Assembly (NCBI GenBank): GCA_965215335.1
Contig: CBDCDA010000001.1
Span: 640,001-704,000, forward strand
Direction of reading: 5' to 3'
Source: an uncultured Candidatus Entotheonella sp.
GTDB taxonomy: Bacteria; Tectomicrobia; Entotheonellia; Entotheonellales; Entotheonellaceae
DNA length: 64,000 bases
Part shown: piece by piece, positions 1 through 9,806 of the stretch
How positions within the stretch are numbered: position 1 is the stretch's first letter
Layout of the letters: each line of letters opens with the position of its first letter
Made by a program: the position numbers and the translations under genes
Notes under the pieces: generated by a model
Database searches by the model: none
The model's input: the letters and a program-made list of their open reading frames with translations, nothing else
Told to the model about the DNA's origin: nothing

Positions 1-72
1 GAATGGGGGAATTATTGTGTTTTCTGGCCCCTTGTCAAGCGCCGTGGTGCCGTGACGGGCCGAAGCGGCGCT

Positions 73-720
73 CTATGCAGCCCGCAATGCCTGAACGGCC
101 GCCCCGTAATCCGGCTGCCCGAAAATCGCCGTGCCGGCCACCAGAACGTCGGCACCGGCCGCGCAGATAGCGGCAGCGTTGTCGGCCTTCACCCCACCGT
201 CGACCTCGATAGTCACGGGTAACCGGCGTCCCCCAATCTGCGCCTTGAGGGCGCGTATTTTATCGAGCGTCGCGGGCAGAAAGCGCTGCCCGCCGAAGCC
301 CGGGTTCACCGACATCAGCAGTACCATGTGCACCTCGGGAAGAATCTCGTCCAGGGCGTGCAGCGAGGTGGCGGGATTCAGGACGACGCTGGCACGCACC
401 CCGGCATCCTTGATCGCCTGGATGGTGCGGTGCAGGTGACGGCAGGCTTCGACGTGAACCGTCAGGTTGTCGCTGCCGGCGTCAATGAAGTCCGGCAACA
501 GGGCGTCCGGTTGCTCGACCATCAGATGAACGTCCAACGGCAGCTTCGTGACCGCCTTGATGGCCTTGATCACCGGCGGGCCAATGGTCAGGTTGGGGAC
601 AAAATGGCCATCCATCACGTCGACGTGCAACAGGTCGGCCCCGGCGGCTTCGACCGCAGCGATTTCCTCGCCCAGACGGGCAAAATCCGCCGCCAGTATG
701 GAAGGAGCGATCTTCGCCAT
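73..720 (-). CDS. rpe: Ribulose-phosphate 3-epimerase
   Basis: IAPSILAADF, HVDVMDGHFVPNLTIG, DVHLM, MSVNPGFGGQ and VDGG motifs. Confidence 0.97.
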   Translation of the reverse strand: MAKIAPSILAADFARLGEEIAAVEAAGADLLHVDVMDGHFVPNLTIGPPVIKAIKAVTKLPLDVHLMVEQPDALLPDFIDAGSDNLTVHVEACRHLHRTIQAIKDAGVRASVVLNPATSLHALDEILPEVHMVLLMSVNPGFGGQRFLPATLDKIRALKAQIGGRRLPVTIEVDGGVKADNAAAICAAGADVLVAGTAIFGQPDYGAAVQALRAA

Positions 721-737
721 GCGGAACTTCCTCGAAG

Positions 738-2144
738 TTACGAGTTTCGGGCGCGAAAACGAGCCGCAAAGACGCCCTCGGTGCCATATTGGTCCGGCGT
801 CAGATCAAGGGTTTCGATACGGGAAGAATGTTGATCGAGCTCTTCTGGAAGGTCACTGGCCACCGCGTCGAGCCGCAGTTCCGGGTGGCGATCCAGGAAC
901 GTCCGCACCACGTCGCGCGTCTCCTCTGGCTCGTTGGAGCACACACTATACACCAACAATCCATCCGCGGCGAGGCAGCGGCGCTGTGCCTCAAGCAGCG
1001 CCAACTGCGTGGCCTGCATGCCCTGCAGATCCTCGGAACCTTTGCGCCACTTGATGTCGGGATGGCGGCTCAGCACGCCCAGGCCGGAGCACGGCGCATC
1101 CACGAGAATACGGTCGAAGACACCGGGCCACGGCGGTGGCCCGGTACTGTCCGACGCCGCGGGCGTGATGCTCGTCAACCGCAGACGCCGCACGTTGGCA
1201 TCGAGAAGCCGCAGGCGGCTGACCTGCCCGTCGCAGGCCAGGATGTATCCCGTATCGTCCATGAGCCGGGCAAGGTGGGTCGTCTTGCCGCCCGGCGCCG
1301 CGCAGGCATCCAGCACTCGCTGTCCGGGCTGCGCCCGGCACAACGGCGCCACCAGCATGGCGCCTTCATCCTGCACCTGGAACAGGCCGTCCCGATAACT
1401 CGGCAGCGCGTCCAGGCGACTCGTCCCCTGTACGACCAGCGCCTCCGCCAGCAGACGAGAGGGCCTGACAAGCCGCAGCCCCTCTTGCACGAGACGCTGC
1501 GCCAAAACCTGCGGGGTGATGCGCAAGGTGTTGACGCGCAGCGTGACGTCCCGGGGACGATTGTTCGCCGCGCACAGGGCTTGCGTACGCGCCCGGCCGT
1601 AACGGTCCAGCCAGCGCGCCACCAGCCATTGCGGATGCGAGTGCGCCACCGCGAGATGCGCCGCCGGCTGCGTGTCGGCGTCCGGCAAGGCATACGTGGC
1701 GTGCTGCCGCAAAAGGGTGCGCAGAACGCCGTTCACCAACCCGGCGACCCCGGCGTGTCCGAAACGCCGCGCCAGCCCTACCGCAGCGTGCACCGCGGCC
1801 CGCGACGGCACCCGTTCCATCCACAGGCATTGATAGGCCCCGAGCCTGAGGATATTGCGCATCCAGGGCGTCAGAGAGTCGAGCGGGCGGCTGCACGCCT
1901 TGGACAGCAGCCAGTCGATGCGGCCCTGCCAGCGCACCACGCCGTACACACACGCCGTCACGAAAGCCCGGTCCCGCCGTTCCAGGGCGCTGCCGTCCAG
2001 CATCTGCCGCAGCGCCACGTCCGTGTACGCCTGTTCCACGTCAATGGCGCGGAGCACGCGCAAAGCCGTCTGCCGTGCCGTGCCACCGCGAGGCTCGGTC
2101 TCAGGCAAACCGTTGCCCTTGCTGAACGCGGTAACCCTGTGCAA
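738..2144 (-). CDS. rsmB: 16S rRNA m5C967 methyltransferase (NusB-like domain plus SAM-dependent methyltransferase); start uncertain
   Basis: VQDEGA, DACAAPGGKT, ILVDAPCSG and YSVCS motifs; def-fmt-rsmB gene order. Confidence 0.93.
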   Translation of the reverse strand: MHRVTAFSKGNGLPETEPRGGTARQTALRVLRAIDVEQAYTDVALRQMLDGSALERRDRAFVTACVYGVVRWQGRIDWLLSKACSRPLDSLTPWMRNILRLGAYQCLWMERVPSRAAVHAAVGLARRFGHAGVAGLVNGVLRTLLRQHATYALPDADTQPAAHLAVAHSHPQWLVARWLDRYGRARTQALCAANNRPRDVTLRVNTLRITPQVLAQRLVQEGLRLVRPSRLLAEALVVQGTSRLDALPSYRDGLFQVQDEGAMLVAPLCRAQPGQRVLDACAAPGGKTTHLARLMDDTGYILACDGQVSRLRLLDANVRRLRLTSITPAASDSTGPPPWPGVFDRILVDAPCSGLGVLSRHPDIKWRKGSEDLQGMQATQLALLEAQRRCLAADGLLVYSVCSNEPEETRDVVRTFLDRHPELRLDAVASDLPEELDQHSSRIETLDLTPDQYGTEGVFAARFRARNS

Positions 2145-3033
2145 AGTCGACTGCCGGCATGCGACGCCGGTTGGCTGGCTGCAACTCGTGGATGAGCAGT
2201 TGAGCGGTACCGCAGGCGACCCACAATCCCTCCGGCGTCACCGCGGTCACGGTGCCTGGCGTCTCCGCCGGGGGGTTGTCGCAGACGGCGGTGCGCCACA
2301 GCTTGACGTCCACGTCGCCGAGACGGGCCGTGGCACCCGGCCATGGAACGAGGCCGCGGACGCGATTGTGTACCACCGCGGCCGGTCGCTGCCAATCGAC
2401 GGGCCCCAGTTCCCTGGTCAGTTTTGGCGCATACGAGACGCCGGCCTCGGGTTGGGGGCGCGGTGCCATTGTTCCCTGTTCGACACCGGCAAGCACCTCG
2501 AGAAGGCCGGCGGCGCCGAGATCCGCCAGGCGGGTGCCCAGGCTCAGGGCGTCATCGTTCGCCGTGATGTCGCAGGCGGAGCGCCACCAGACGTCGCCCG
2601 TGTCAACGTATTCGTCCATCTGGATCACCGTGCAGCCGGTCACGGCTTCCCCCTGCATCAGAGCCCAGTTGACGGGTGCCGCGCCGCGGTATTTCGGCAA
2701 CAGTGAGGCGTGCACGTTGAGGCAACCGTGCAACGGCACTTCCAGTACCGCCGGCGGCAGGATGTTGCCGTAGGCTACCACCACGATCGCCGCCGGGCGC
2801 AGGGACGTCAATTGCTCGACAATCCCCGCATCCCGGCGCAAGCTCGCCGGCTGCAACACGGCACAGTCGTGCGTCAGGGCCAGCGTCTTGACCGGTGACG
2901 GCGTCGGTTTGCGGCCGCGCCCGCGCGGCCGGTCCGGCTGCGTGACCACCGCCAGGACGTCGTGAGACGAGGCGAACAGGCCGCGCAGCGTCGGCTCGGC
3001 GAAGAGGGCGGTGCCCATGAAAATGACGCGCAT
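2101..3033 (-). CDS. fmt: Methionyl-tRNA formyltransferase (start 3033, or 3048)
   Basis: MRVIFMGT, VVTQPDRPRGRG and NVHASLLPKYRGAAP motifs; this is the C-terminal part of the 2101..3720 ORF. Confidence 0.95.
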   Translation of the reverse strand: MRVIFMGTALFAEPTLRGLFASSHDVLAVVTQPDRPRGRGRKPTPSPVKTLALTHDCAVLQPASLRRDAGIVEQLTSLRPAAIVVVAYGNILPPAVLEVPLHGCLNVHASLLPKYRGAAPVNWALMQGEAVTGCTVIQMDEYVDTGDVWWRSACDITANDDALSLGTRLADLGAAGLLEVLAGVEQGTMAPRPQPEAGVSYAPKLTRELGPVDWQRPAAVVHNRVRGLVPWPGATARLGDVDVKLWRTAVCDNPPAETPGTVTAVTPEGLWVACGTAQLLIHELQPANRRRMPAVDFAQGYRVQQGQRFA

Positions 3034-3083
3034 GGATGACTCCGTCATGCAATCCGCGGCATTTGATCTGGAAACTGGAAAAG

Positions 3084-3884
3084 TGTATGGTCCCGAGATC
3101 AGATGGTTTGTCCCGACTCTAAATCTTTGCGGCTCCGATGTCCAGACCTTGCAGATGTATTCGTAGGGTGTAAGGCCCCGGAGGGTCTTGAGACGGCGCG
3201 CGAAGTTGCAGGCCGACAGAAAATCGTCCAGGTGGCGGCGGAGTCGGGCATGACTCTCGTCGTGGAAACGCTTGGCGGTGGCCTCCCTGACCGTGCGGTT
3301 CATGCGCTCGGCCTGACCGTTGGTCCACGGATGGTTGGGCTGCGTCAGACGGTGCTCGATGCCATGTCGCCGACACGCCCGCTCGAACAGGTGACCGCGC
3401 AAGCGCGCCGTGGCGCCGCTTCGGTTCCGGGCAAGATCGGCAAACTCGATGCCATCGTCGGTCAGCACCGTATGGACCTGACAGGGCACAGCTGCAACCA
3501 GGTCGTCCAGGAATGCTGCTGCCGCTTTCGTGTTGGCACGTTCCACCAGTCTGGCGAAGGCGAACGTCGAGGCCCGGTCGATGGCGATGAACAGATGGAT
3601 TTGCCCTCGGCGGTGCGCACTTCGGCGATGTCGATATGGAAATAGCCGATAGGGTGGCGCCTGAAGCGCTTCTTTTTTCGGGTTTGTCGCCCTCTTCGAG
3701 TGGCAGGCGGCTGATGTCATGACGCCTCAGGCAGCGATGGCGTGACGAACGGATGAGATGCGGGAGAGTCGGTTTGAGCGCATGGAGGCAGTCGTCGAGG
3801 GGCAGCAGGGTGTGGCGAAGGAAGGCCACGATGAGGGCTTCCTCGTCCTCGCTAAGGAGCGTACCATCAATCCATGGGACTACA
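3084..3884 (-). mobile_element. IS481-family element, internally deleted, with a frameshifted transposase
   Basis: TGT...ACA ends with imperfect inverted repeats (TGTATGGTCCCGAGATCAGATGG vs TGTAGTCCCATGGATTGATGG); rve motifs FIAIDRAS, VLTDDG, HPWTNGQAERMNRT; RHTLLPLDDCL lies in another frame. Confidence 0.85.
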
Positions 3885-3887
3885 CAC

Positions 3888-3916
3888 CTAGTTAACGATT
3901 TTTGTCGTGTACAGTG
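3888..3916 (-). repeat. Orphan copy of the left end of the IS4-family element at 4825
   Basis: Reverse complement CACTGTACACGACAAAAATCGTTAACTAG matches 4825 CATTGTACACGACAAAAAGCGATAACTAG at 26/29 positions. Confidence 0.85.
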
Positions 3917-3964
3917 GTCGGGAACAACTCGCTAACGTTGGCTGCGTTTGAATTTCCGCAGTAT

Positions 3965-4486
3965 CTAATTGCTCTTGCCCTGTGACTGGCGTTGAGCGCG
4001 CCTGAATTTTCGCAGGACGATGTCGCGGCCGACAGACCCCATGCGGTTGAAGAAGAACCGCCCTTCCAGGTGGTCCGTTTCGTGCTGAAACGCCCGCGCC
4101 AGAAGCCCCTCGGCGAGGATCTCGACCGCTTCGCCCGCACGGTCGGTGCACCGCAACAGCACCTCGGCAGCACGCGGCGTCGAGCCGTAAACGCCGGGAA
4201 CGCTGAGGCACCCCTCGTCCGCCTGCACACGGCCTTCGAGCCGGCTGAGCTCGGGATTGATGGCCGTCATCAGCGCCGCCGGGTCCTGGCCGCTGGTAAC
4301 GTCAACGACGAAGACCCGCAAGGACACGCCGACCTGGGGCGCGGCCAACCCGATTCCCGGCGCCGCGTACATGGTCTCAATCATGTCGTCGATCAGTTGT
4401 TGAAGCGCGTCATCGACACGCTCGACCGGCCGGGCCTTGCGGCGCAGCACGCCGTCCGGGTAGGTGCGGATGGGTAATACCGCCAT
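3965..4486 (-). CDS. def: Peptide deformylase
   Basis: GIGLAAPQVG, EGCLSVP and QHETDHL motifs. Confidence 0.97.
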   Translation of the reverse strand: MAVLPIRTYPDGVLRRKARPVERVDDALQQLIDDMIETMYAAPGIGLAAPQVGVSLRVFVVDVTSGQDPAALMTAINPELSRLEGRVQADEGCLSVPGVYGSTPRAAEVLLRCTDRAGEAVEILAEGLLARAFQHETDHLEGRFFFNRMGSVGRDIVLRKFRRAQRQSQGKSN

Positions 4487-4824
4487 TCGGTGTCCTTTGG
4501 CGTATCGACGGGGTGACAGGAGAGTGACACGACAACCAGATGTGCAGTCAGTCATAAGGTAGGGCCTATTTGCTCCTCTTCCCTGCTTCTTTTGTGTGTT
4601 GATACATCAGCGATCAAGTCTGCTGCGGCCACCAAAACAATATCGTCAGAGTCTGTTCCTACGAATCGGCGACATCCCAAAAGTAGGCGGGATTCTCACC
4701 GATTCCAGGGCGTTTGACGCAAAAAAGCGCCCTGGAAAGGACGAATGTTTATCCAAAAATGCCGGCAAAAAAGAGGGCATCTCTAATCATACGCATCTGT
4801 CGCCTGGTTCAAAATCACTGCAAC

Positions 4825-6040
4825 CATTGTACACGACAAAAAGCGATAACTAGTTGAAAGACAAGGTGTAACCTCCTATGGTGGAAGGGCTGCCAAGCCT
4901 CACCACTCATGACTGACGTCACAGGAGATTACACCGTGAAGCACTCTACCATGCTGGCCGACTTGCTCCAATGCGCCTTTGGCTTACACCGTGCTCGCCT
5001 TACCTGTCTGGTCGCTCTCGTCATCGCCTTGTTCAAGGTCAAAACCGTTAAGCTGGCCGAACTCGCTACCGCCTTTCCGGGACCCGCCAACATCGACTCG
5101 CACTACCAACGCCTGCAACGCTTTTTCCAACACGTCCAACTCCAAGACGCATCTGTGGCGCAATTCGTAGCCGCCTTGGTGCCCCATCCTCCCTACACCC
5201 TGGCGCTGGACCGAACCCAGTGGATGCTCGGGCGGGTGCTCATCAACCGGTCGTCCACGACGGCACCGCCTTTCCCCTTTTCTGGCGCTTCCTGGCCAAA
5301 AGGGGCAACTCCAACACCCACGAGCGCATCGACCTGCTCAAGCAATTTCTTACGGTCTTTGGCCCAGACAAGATCGCCTGTCTGCTGGCTGACCGAGAAT
5401 TCATCGGTGCGACCTGGTTCGCCTGGCTCAGGGCCAATCAGGTTCCCTTCGACATCCGAATCAAGCATGACATGAAGGTATCCCGCACCACCGGGGTCTT
5501 GGCACCCGCACGCAACTTTTTCAGAAGTCTGCCGCTTTCGACGCCTTGCGCCTTGGTCGGTGCGCGTCTCGTGTGTGGCCAACGCCTGTGGATAACGGGC
5601 ATGCGGCTGCCCGCTGGCGGCTACTTGATCGTGGTGTCGAATCGTGGCGGCGATGACGCTTTGGAGCGTTACCAGAGACGGTGGAAGATTGAAGTTCTCT
5701 TTGCGGCTTTGAAATCGAGAGGGTTCAACTTCGAGGCGACGCGCTTGCGTCATGGCGAGCGCTTGGAGACGTTGTTTGGCGTGTTGGCGACAGCCTTTTA
5801 TTGGGCCTGTCACGTGGGCGCGTGGCGGCACACACGCCAAGCGCTTCGGCTCAAGACGCATGGCCGCCCGGCGCTGAGTGTTTTTCGCTATGGATTCGAT
5901 GGCATTCGTCGGGCGGTGCTCAAGGCGCCAGGGACGGGTGGCGAGCTTGAGCGATTGCTGCGTCTGATGTGGAAGGCGGTCACGTCGCCCAAAACGTTAC
6001 TCTCGCCACTCTACCCCATATGATTTTGTCGTGTACAGTG
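4825..6040 (+). mobile_element. IS4-family (IS10-like) element
   Basis: 17-bp terminal inverted repeats CA(T/C)TGTACACGACAAAA; 9-bp target duplication CACTGCAAC at 4816-4824 and 6041-6049. Confidence 0.92.
4909..6023 (+). pseudogene. IS4-family transposase, frameshifted near 5250
   Basis: ORF 4909 carries LALDRTQW; ORF 5220 carries LLADREFIG and YQRRWKIEVLFAALKSRGFNFE (YREK-type motif). Confidence 0.88.
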
Positions 6041-6088
6041 CACTGCAACACATTACCAACGTGATACCGAAGGCGGAGAGAATCGAAC

Positions 6089-6913
6089 ATGGCTCGGATG
6101 GGCTTTTTCGATGTCGAGAATCGCTACGCCGCCCTGGATGCCAGGCATGACCCCTTGGTGAAGATCAATGCCCTCGTGCCATGCGAAGCGTTCCGCAGCC
6201 GCCCAGAGGCAGTCTGGCGCAAGCCACCCGACCAGCGCAAGTTCAATGCCGGGTGCAAGCCCCGGGATGCCGTCATCATGTTCAAGGCCATCGGGCCGTG
6301 CGCCCTCTGCAATCCATCGGACGATCAGGTCGAATACCAGATGCGCGACCGCCTCTCCCTTGTGCGTTTCCTGGGTTTGCGCCTTGAAGACGAGGTGCCC
6401 GACGCCAAGACCGTGTGGCTCTGCCGCGAACAACTCTCACAGGCGGTGTGATCGAGTCCTTGTTCAACGACTTCGACGGCCATCTCGACACCCAGGGCTA
6501 CCGGGCCAGGGGCGGCCAGATCATGGATGCTTCGATTGTCGCAGTTTCCATCCAACGCGATAGTCGTGACGACAACGCCCAGATCAGGCAAGGTGAGAGC
6601 CCAGGGCATGGGTGGACAAGCCGGCCCGGCGTCGCCAGAAAGACACGGATGCGCGCTGGACGAAGAAACACGGCAGAAGTCACTACGGTTACAAGAACCA
6701 CCTCGGCATCGACCGTCGGCACAAGCTGATCCGGCGCAGTCGCGTGACGGACGCATCGGTTCACGACAGCCAGGCGGTTGACGAGTTGCTGACAACGGAC
6801 AACACGGCAAGCGCTGTGGGGCCGACAGCCGAAAGCCATCGAGGAGGAAGCTCAAGGCCAAGGGGTTGACGAGCCGGATTCATCGCAAGGGCTATCGTAA
6901 CCGTCCATCAACA
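6089..6913 (+). pseudogene. IS5-family transposase remnant with stop and frameshifts
   Basis: RMGFFD, SDDQVEYQMRDRLS, VPDAKTVW, GQIMDASIV and DTDARWTKKHGRSHYGYKNH are split over three ORFs. Confidence 0.88.
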
Positions 6914-7491
6914 TGCGACGGCTGGTTCAATTACACCATTCAACCCGCCTTGGGATGGCCGGCCAGGCACAACCGGGTGTGAGGTGGTGTCGACTGCGGT
7001 CCTTGACAGGCAATTTCCCGTTGCCGAGCGGTGAAATCCCCCTGGAAGTCGAGTTCATGTTCATACCGAAACGGTGTGCATTGCCGACCCTGGCATCTTT
7101 GACCATCCCATGAGGCATTTTTCGAGGTGCCCTTTCGAGACAGACTCTCAGGGTGTCGGGTGATCGTGCAACGGCTTGCCAATTCGGCCTCGGCACGGCT
7201 GTCCATGCGCTTTAACCGAATTCTTCGGTTATCGGGACCATACACCTAATCCAAGGAGATTTTCCAGTGCGTCCAGCATGGGTTCTCTCAGCAAGGTCGG
7301 AATGGACGAGCCATGTTGCCCATCCGCCTCTGTTCGGGTGGCCATGATCACCGTGGAACCACCTGATTCCGAGTGTGGGGCCACCCTTCCACTCGAAAGT
7401 TGTTACAGCCCATCGTTCCTCACCATCATTTGTGTGGACTACACAACATGCGGTCCCTCTTGCCGACGATACATGATACGATATGCCCGAT

Positions 7492-7860
7492 ATGAAAGTG
7501 GCCTTTGATACCGACGTCATTGTCGCAGTCGCATCACGGCGCAGCCGGTCCGGCGCTTCTCACGTCCTGCTCCGCATCTTGCAGGCCGGCGTGCTCGCCC
7601 CGCCGTCGCCAGCGTCCCCATGATGCTGGAATACGAAGCAGTCCTGATGCGACCCGAACAGCGCCAGGCCACCGGGATGAGCGCGCAGGATGTCCAGGAT
7701 TTCCTTGATGAACTAGCCGCTCGTGCCGTGACTACGTGGTTCCTCTGGCGGCCGTGCCTGCGAGACCCGGATGACGAGATGGTGCTTGATGCCGCCATCA
7801 ATGGCGGAGCAGAGGCCCTTGTGACGTTCAACGTGCAGGATTTCTGTCGGGAGCCGTCGT
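7492..7860 (+). pseudogene. PIN-domain toxin, frameshifted
   Basis: MKVAFDTDVIVA at 7492; LEYEAVL and LRDPDDEMVLDAAINGGAEALVTFNVQDF in a different frame. Confidence 0.75.
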
Positions 7861-7867
7861 CTTCAAC

Positions 7868-8060
7868 TTGCGCCAGCTGGCTTCGTTGAAGATCGAGGCG
7901 GAGAAGATCGCGGCCGAGGAGGGGACGTCGTCGAACCAGTTCATCAACGTTGCGGTTGCGGAGAAGTTGTCAACGCTGCGCACGGCGCGCTACTTCGAGG
8001 AGCGGCGCTCGCGGGCGAAGCCGAATGCCTTTCGATCGTCTCATGAGGACGGCGGGGTGA
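7868..8060 (+). pseudogene. Ribbon-helix-helix/HicB-like antitoxin remnant, 5' part deleted
   Basis: SLKIEAEKIAAEEGTSSNQFINVAVAEKLSTL directly after the PIN gene. Confidence 0.65.
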
Positions 8061-8226
8061 CGAACCACCTCGGCCTGGCGACGAGGTCTTGCCGGCAAGC
8101 ACTGGCTGAAGTTTTGCATCTTGCCCAAATGTTATTATCCCGATACGGCGCTCCGGTTCCCATGCGCATAAGCACGCAAAGCACAGAATGTCGAGACAAG
8201 ACTCGGTATCAGGAGCAATCCCCTAT

Positions 8227-8676
8227 ATGCCAAGCCGCGATGACACCAAACAACTGGAAACCATCGTTGAGCGCATCCTGGAAGAGAACGACCTGGAAGC
8301 GTTTGCCGAGTATTGGGGCCTAGGCAGGGAGCTCATGGACGGGCTGCCGGTGCGGGCGTTCTACGTCTGTGCCGAGGGCAGCTATGTCAACTTGGCCGTC
8401 CTCACGGATAAGTTGATCATTGATATTGTGACGGACGAGGACGATGAAACCTTGGGCGATCTGACTGTCATCGTGATGACATCCATCGCAGAGGTTCATT
8501 TCCATGCAGGCCCGGTGCGGACGATCCCGGATTCGCACGAAGCCCAGCTGACGCTGGTTTTGTCAACGGTCGGGGCCACCGATGCCGGCCCGTATTGGAT
8601 CGCTGAAACCGATGCAGAACGTAAACATCTGACCCGTTTTGGGAAGGCTTTATTGAACGCCGTCCCTGCCTCGTGA
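8227..8676 (+). CDS. Hypothetical acidic protein (possibly a PH-like beta fold)
   Basis: AGGAG ribosome-binding site upstream; protein-like composition. Confidence 0.65.
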   Translation: MPSRDDTKQLETIVERILEENDLEAFAEYWGLGRELMDGLPVRAFYVCAEGSYVNLAVLTDKLIIDIVTDEDDETLGDLTVIVMTSIAEVHFHAGPVRTIPDSHEAQLTLVLSTVGATDAGPYWIAETDAERKHLTRFGKALLNAVPAS

Positions 8677-8696
8677 TGCGATTGGGAGACCCCGCC

Positions 8697-9119
8697 ATGG
8701 CTCAGAATACGCCGGTACTGGCCAGGCCTTGCCGTCCGAAGCGCAAGTCCTTCCCCGTGCCCACCAACGGCGCAGGCAAGAAGCGGCGTTCGCCGCTTCT
8801 TCTGTATTTCCCGGTAGATGCCAAGGCTCTTCGCACACCCTTTCGTGCCAAAGTGCTGCAATCGATTTGCGAAATTGCCCATCAGGAATTGGGCGACCGC
8901 ATGGTTTCTGTGGTCGTTCAGGCCAGCGTCGACCCGGATGATTCCGGCCAGATCAGGTTGCTGCTTTCCATCTGGGCCGACGTCGACAAGCATGAGTGGA
9001 ATGAGATCGACAAGGCTGTCAGCAAGGCCATGTTTGAACAGGAAGCAAAGTGGACGGAGGACGAAAGGATCGACTACCTCAGGATGATTGACTTCGAGAT
9101 TTTGCCGCTGAAGACATGA
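8697..9119 (+). CDS. Hypothetical protein, putative partner (antitoxin) of the downstream HEPN gene
   Basis: Stop overlaps the next ATG (ATGA at 9116-9119); acidic alpha/beta pattern. Confidence 0.55.
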   Translation: MAQNTPVLARPCRPKRKSFPVPTNGAGKKRRSPLLLYFPVDAKALRTPFRAKVLQSICEIAHQELGDRMVSVVVQASVDPDDSGQIRLLLSIWADVDKHEWNEIDKAVSKAMFEQEAKWTEDERIDYLRMIDFEILPLKT

Positions 9120-9552
9120 GGTCTCTGATTTTTACCGGCTCGGGGTACGGCTTGCCGACTCGGCCACGACGGAAGCTGAACAACGTAGTGCCATCGGACG
9201 TCTCTACTACGGTCTGCATCACGAGGCTTGTTGTCGATATTTCAGGGAGAATCCCGATGCCCTCCCTTTGGGTCGAGGCAGCAGGCACGTCCATCTCATT
9301 GAACGTTATACCACTCTCCGCACTGTTCACACCCGACGCATACGCAGGCTGCTGAGACAACTATCGCGTATGCGGAACCTATCGGATTACGAATTGGTCC
9401 ATCCTGTCCGGTACCAGAAAAAAGAGCACAGCGCGATGGAATTGATGCGCATGGCCGTGTCAGTGGCTGCGGGGTTGCTGGCTGCGCTGGAGGATTTCTC
9501 GCCGGGCGAGGCGGAGGATGGCTACTACTGCCCTGTCTTGCAACTGCGATGA
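9116..9552 (+). pseudogene. HEPN-domain protein, apparently 1 bp short near the start
   Basis: Frame from 9118 reads SDFYRLG...RSAIGRLYYGLHH...RMRNLSDY; the ATG at 9116 is out of frame. Confidence 0.65.
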
Positions 9553-9806
9553 GATTCTTTCGATCTGGCGCAAGCGCGCAGGCGCGAAGACCAGATCGGG
9601 GCCTACTTGTGGCTGTAAGGAATTCTACCGCGCATGAGAAACAACCCTACCGGATATGACCCTGATTTCACTCCACCTACCGCTTTTTCCTCTTCCGGGG
9701 TCAAGCCGCGTTTGCCAAGCCTCCCGAGAAGCGTGAGCATTGGCCTTGCACCCTGTTCATAAAGCGTATCTATCGCCGGCATGGCTCGTTTTCAGCCGCC
9801 GCCCCG

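Larger units (their letters stand above)
4774..7133 (+). mobile_element. IS5-family element (decayed), interrupted by a nested IS4-family element
   Basis: Candidate inverted repeats AGGGCATCTCTAA (4774) and TTCGAGGTGCCCT (7121-7133), 11/13 match; IS5-type transposase remnant at 6089-6913. Confidence 0.6.

Noticed and set aside
2101..3720. 539-aa ORF as a genuine transposase-Fmt protein
   Set aside because: The N-terminus is out-of-frame IS sequence; fmt has its own canonical start at 3033/3048
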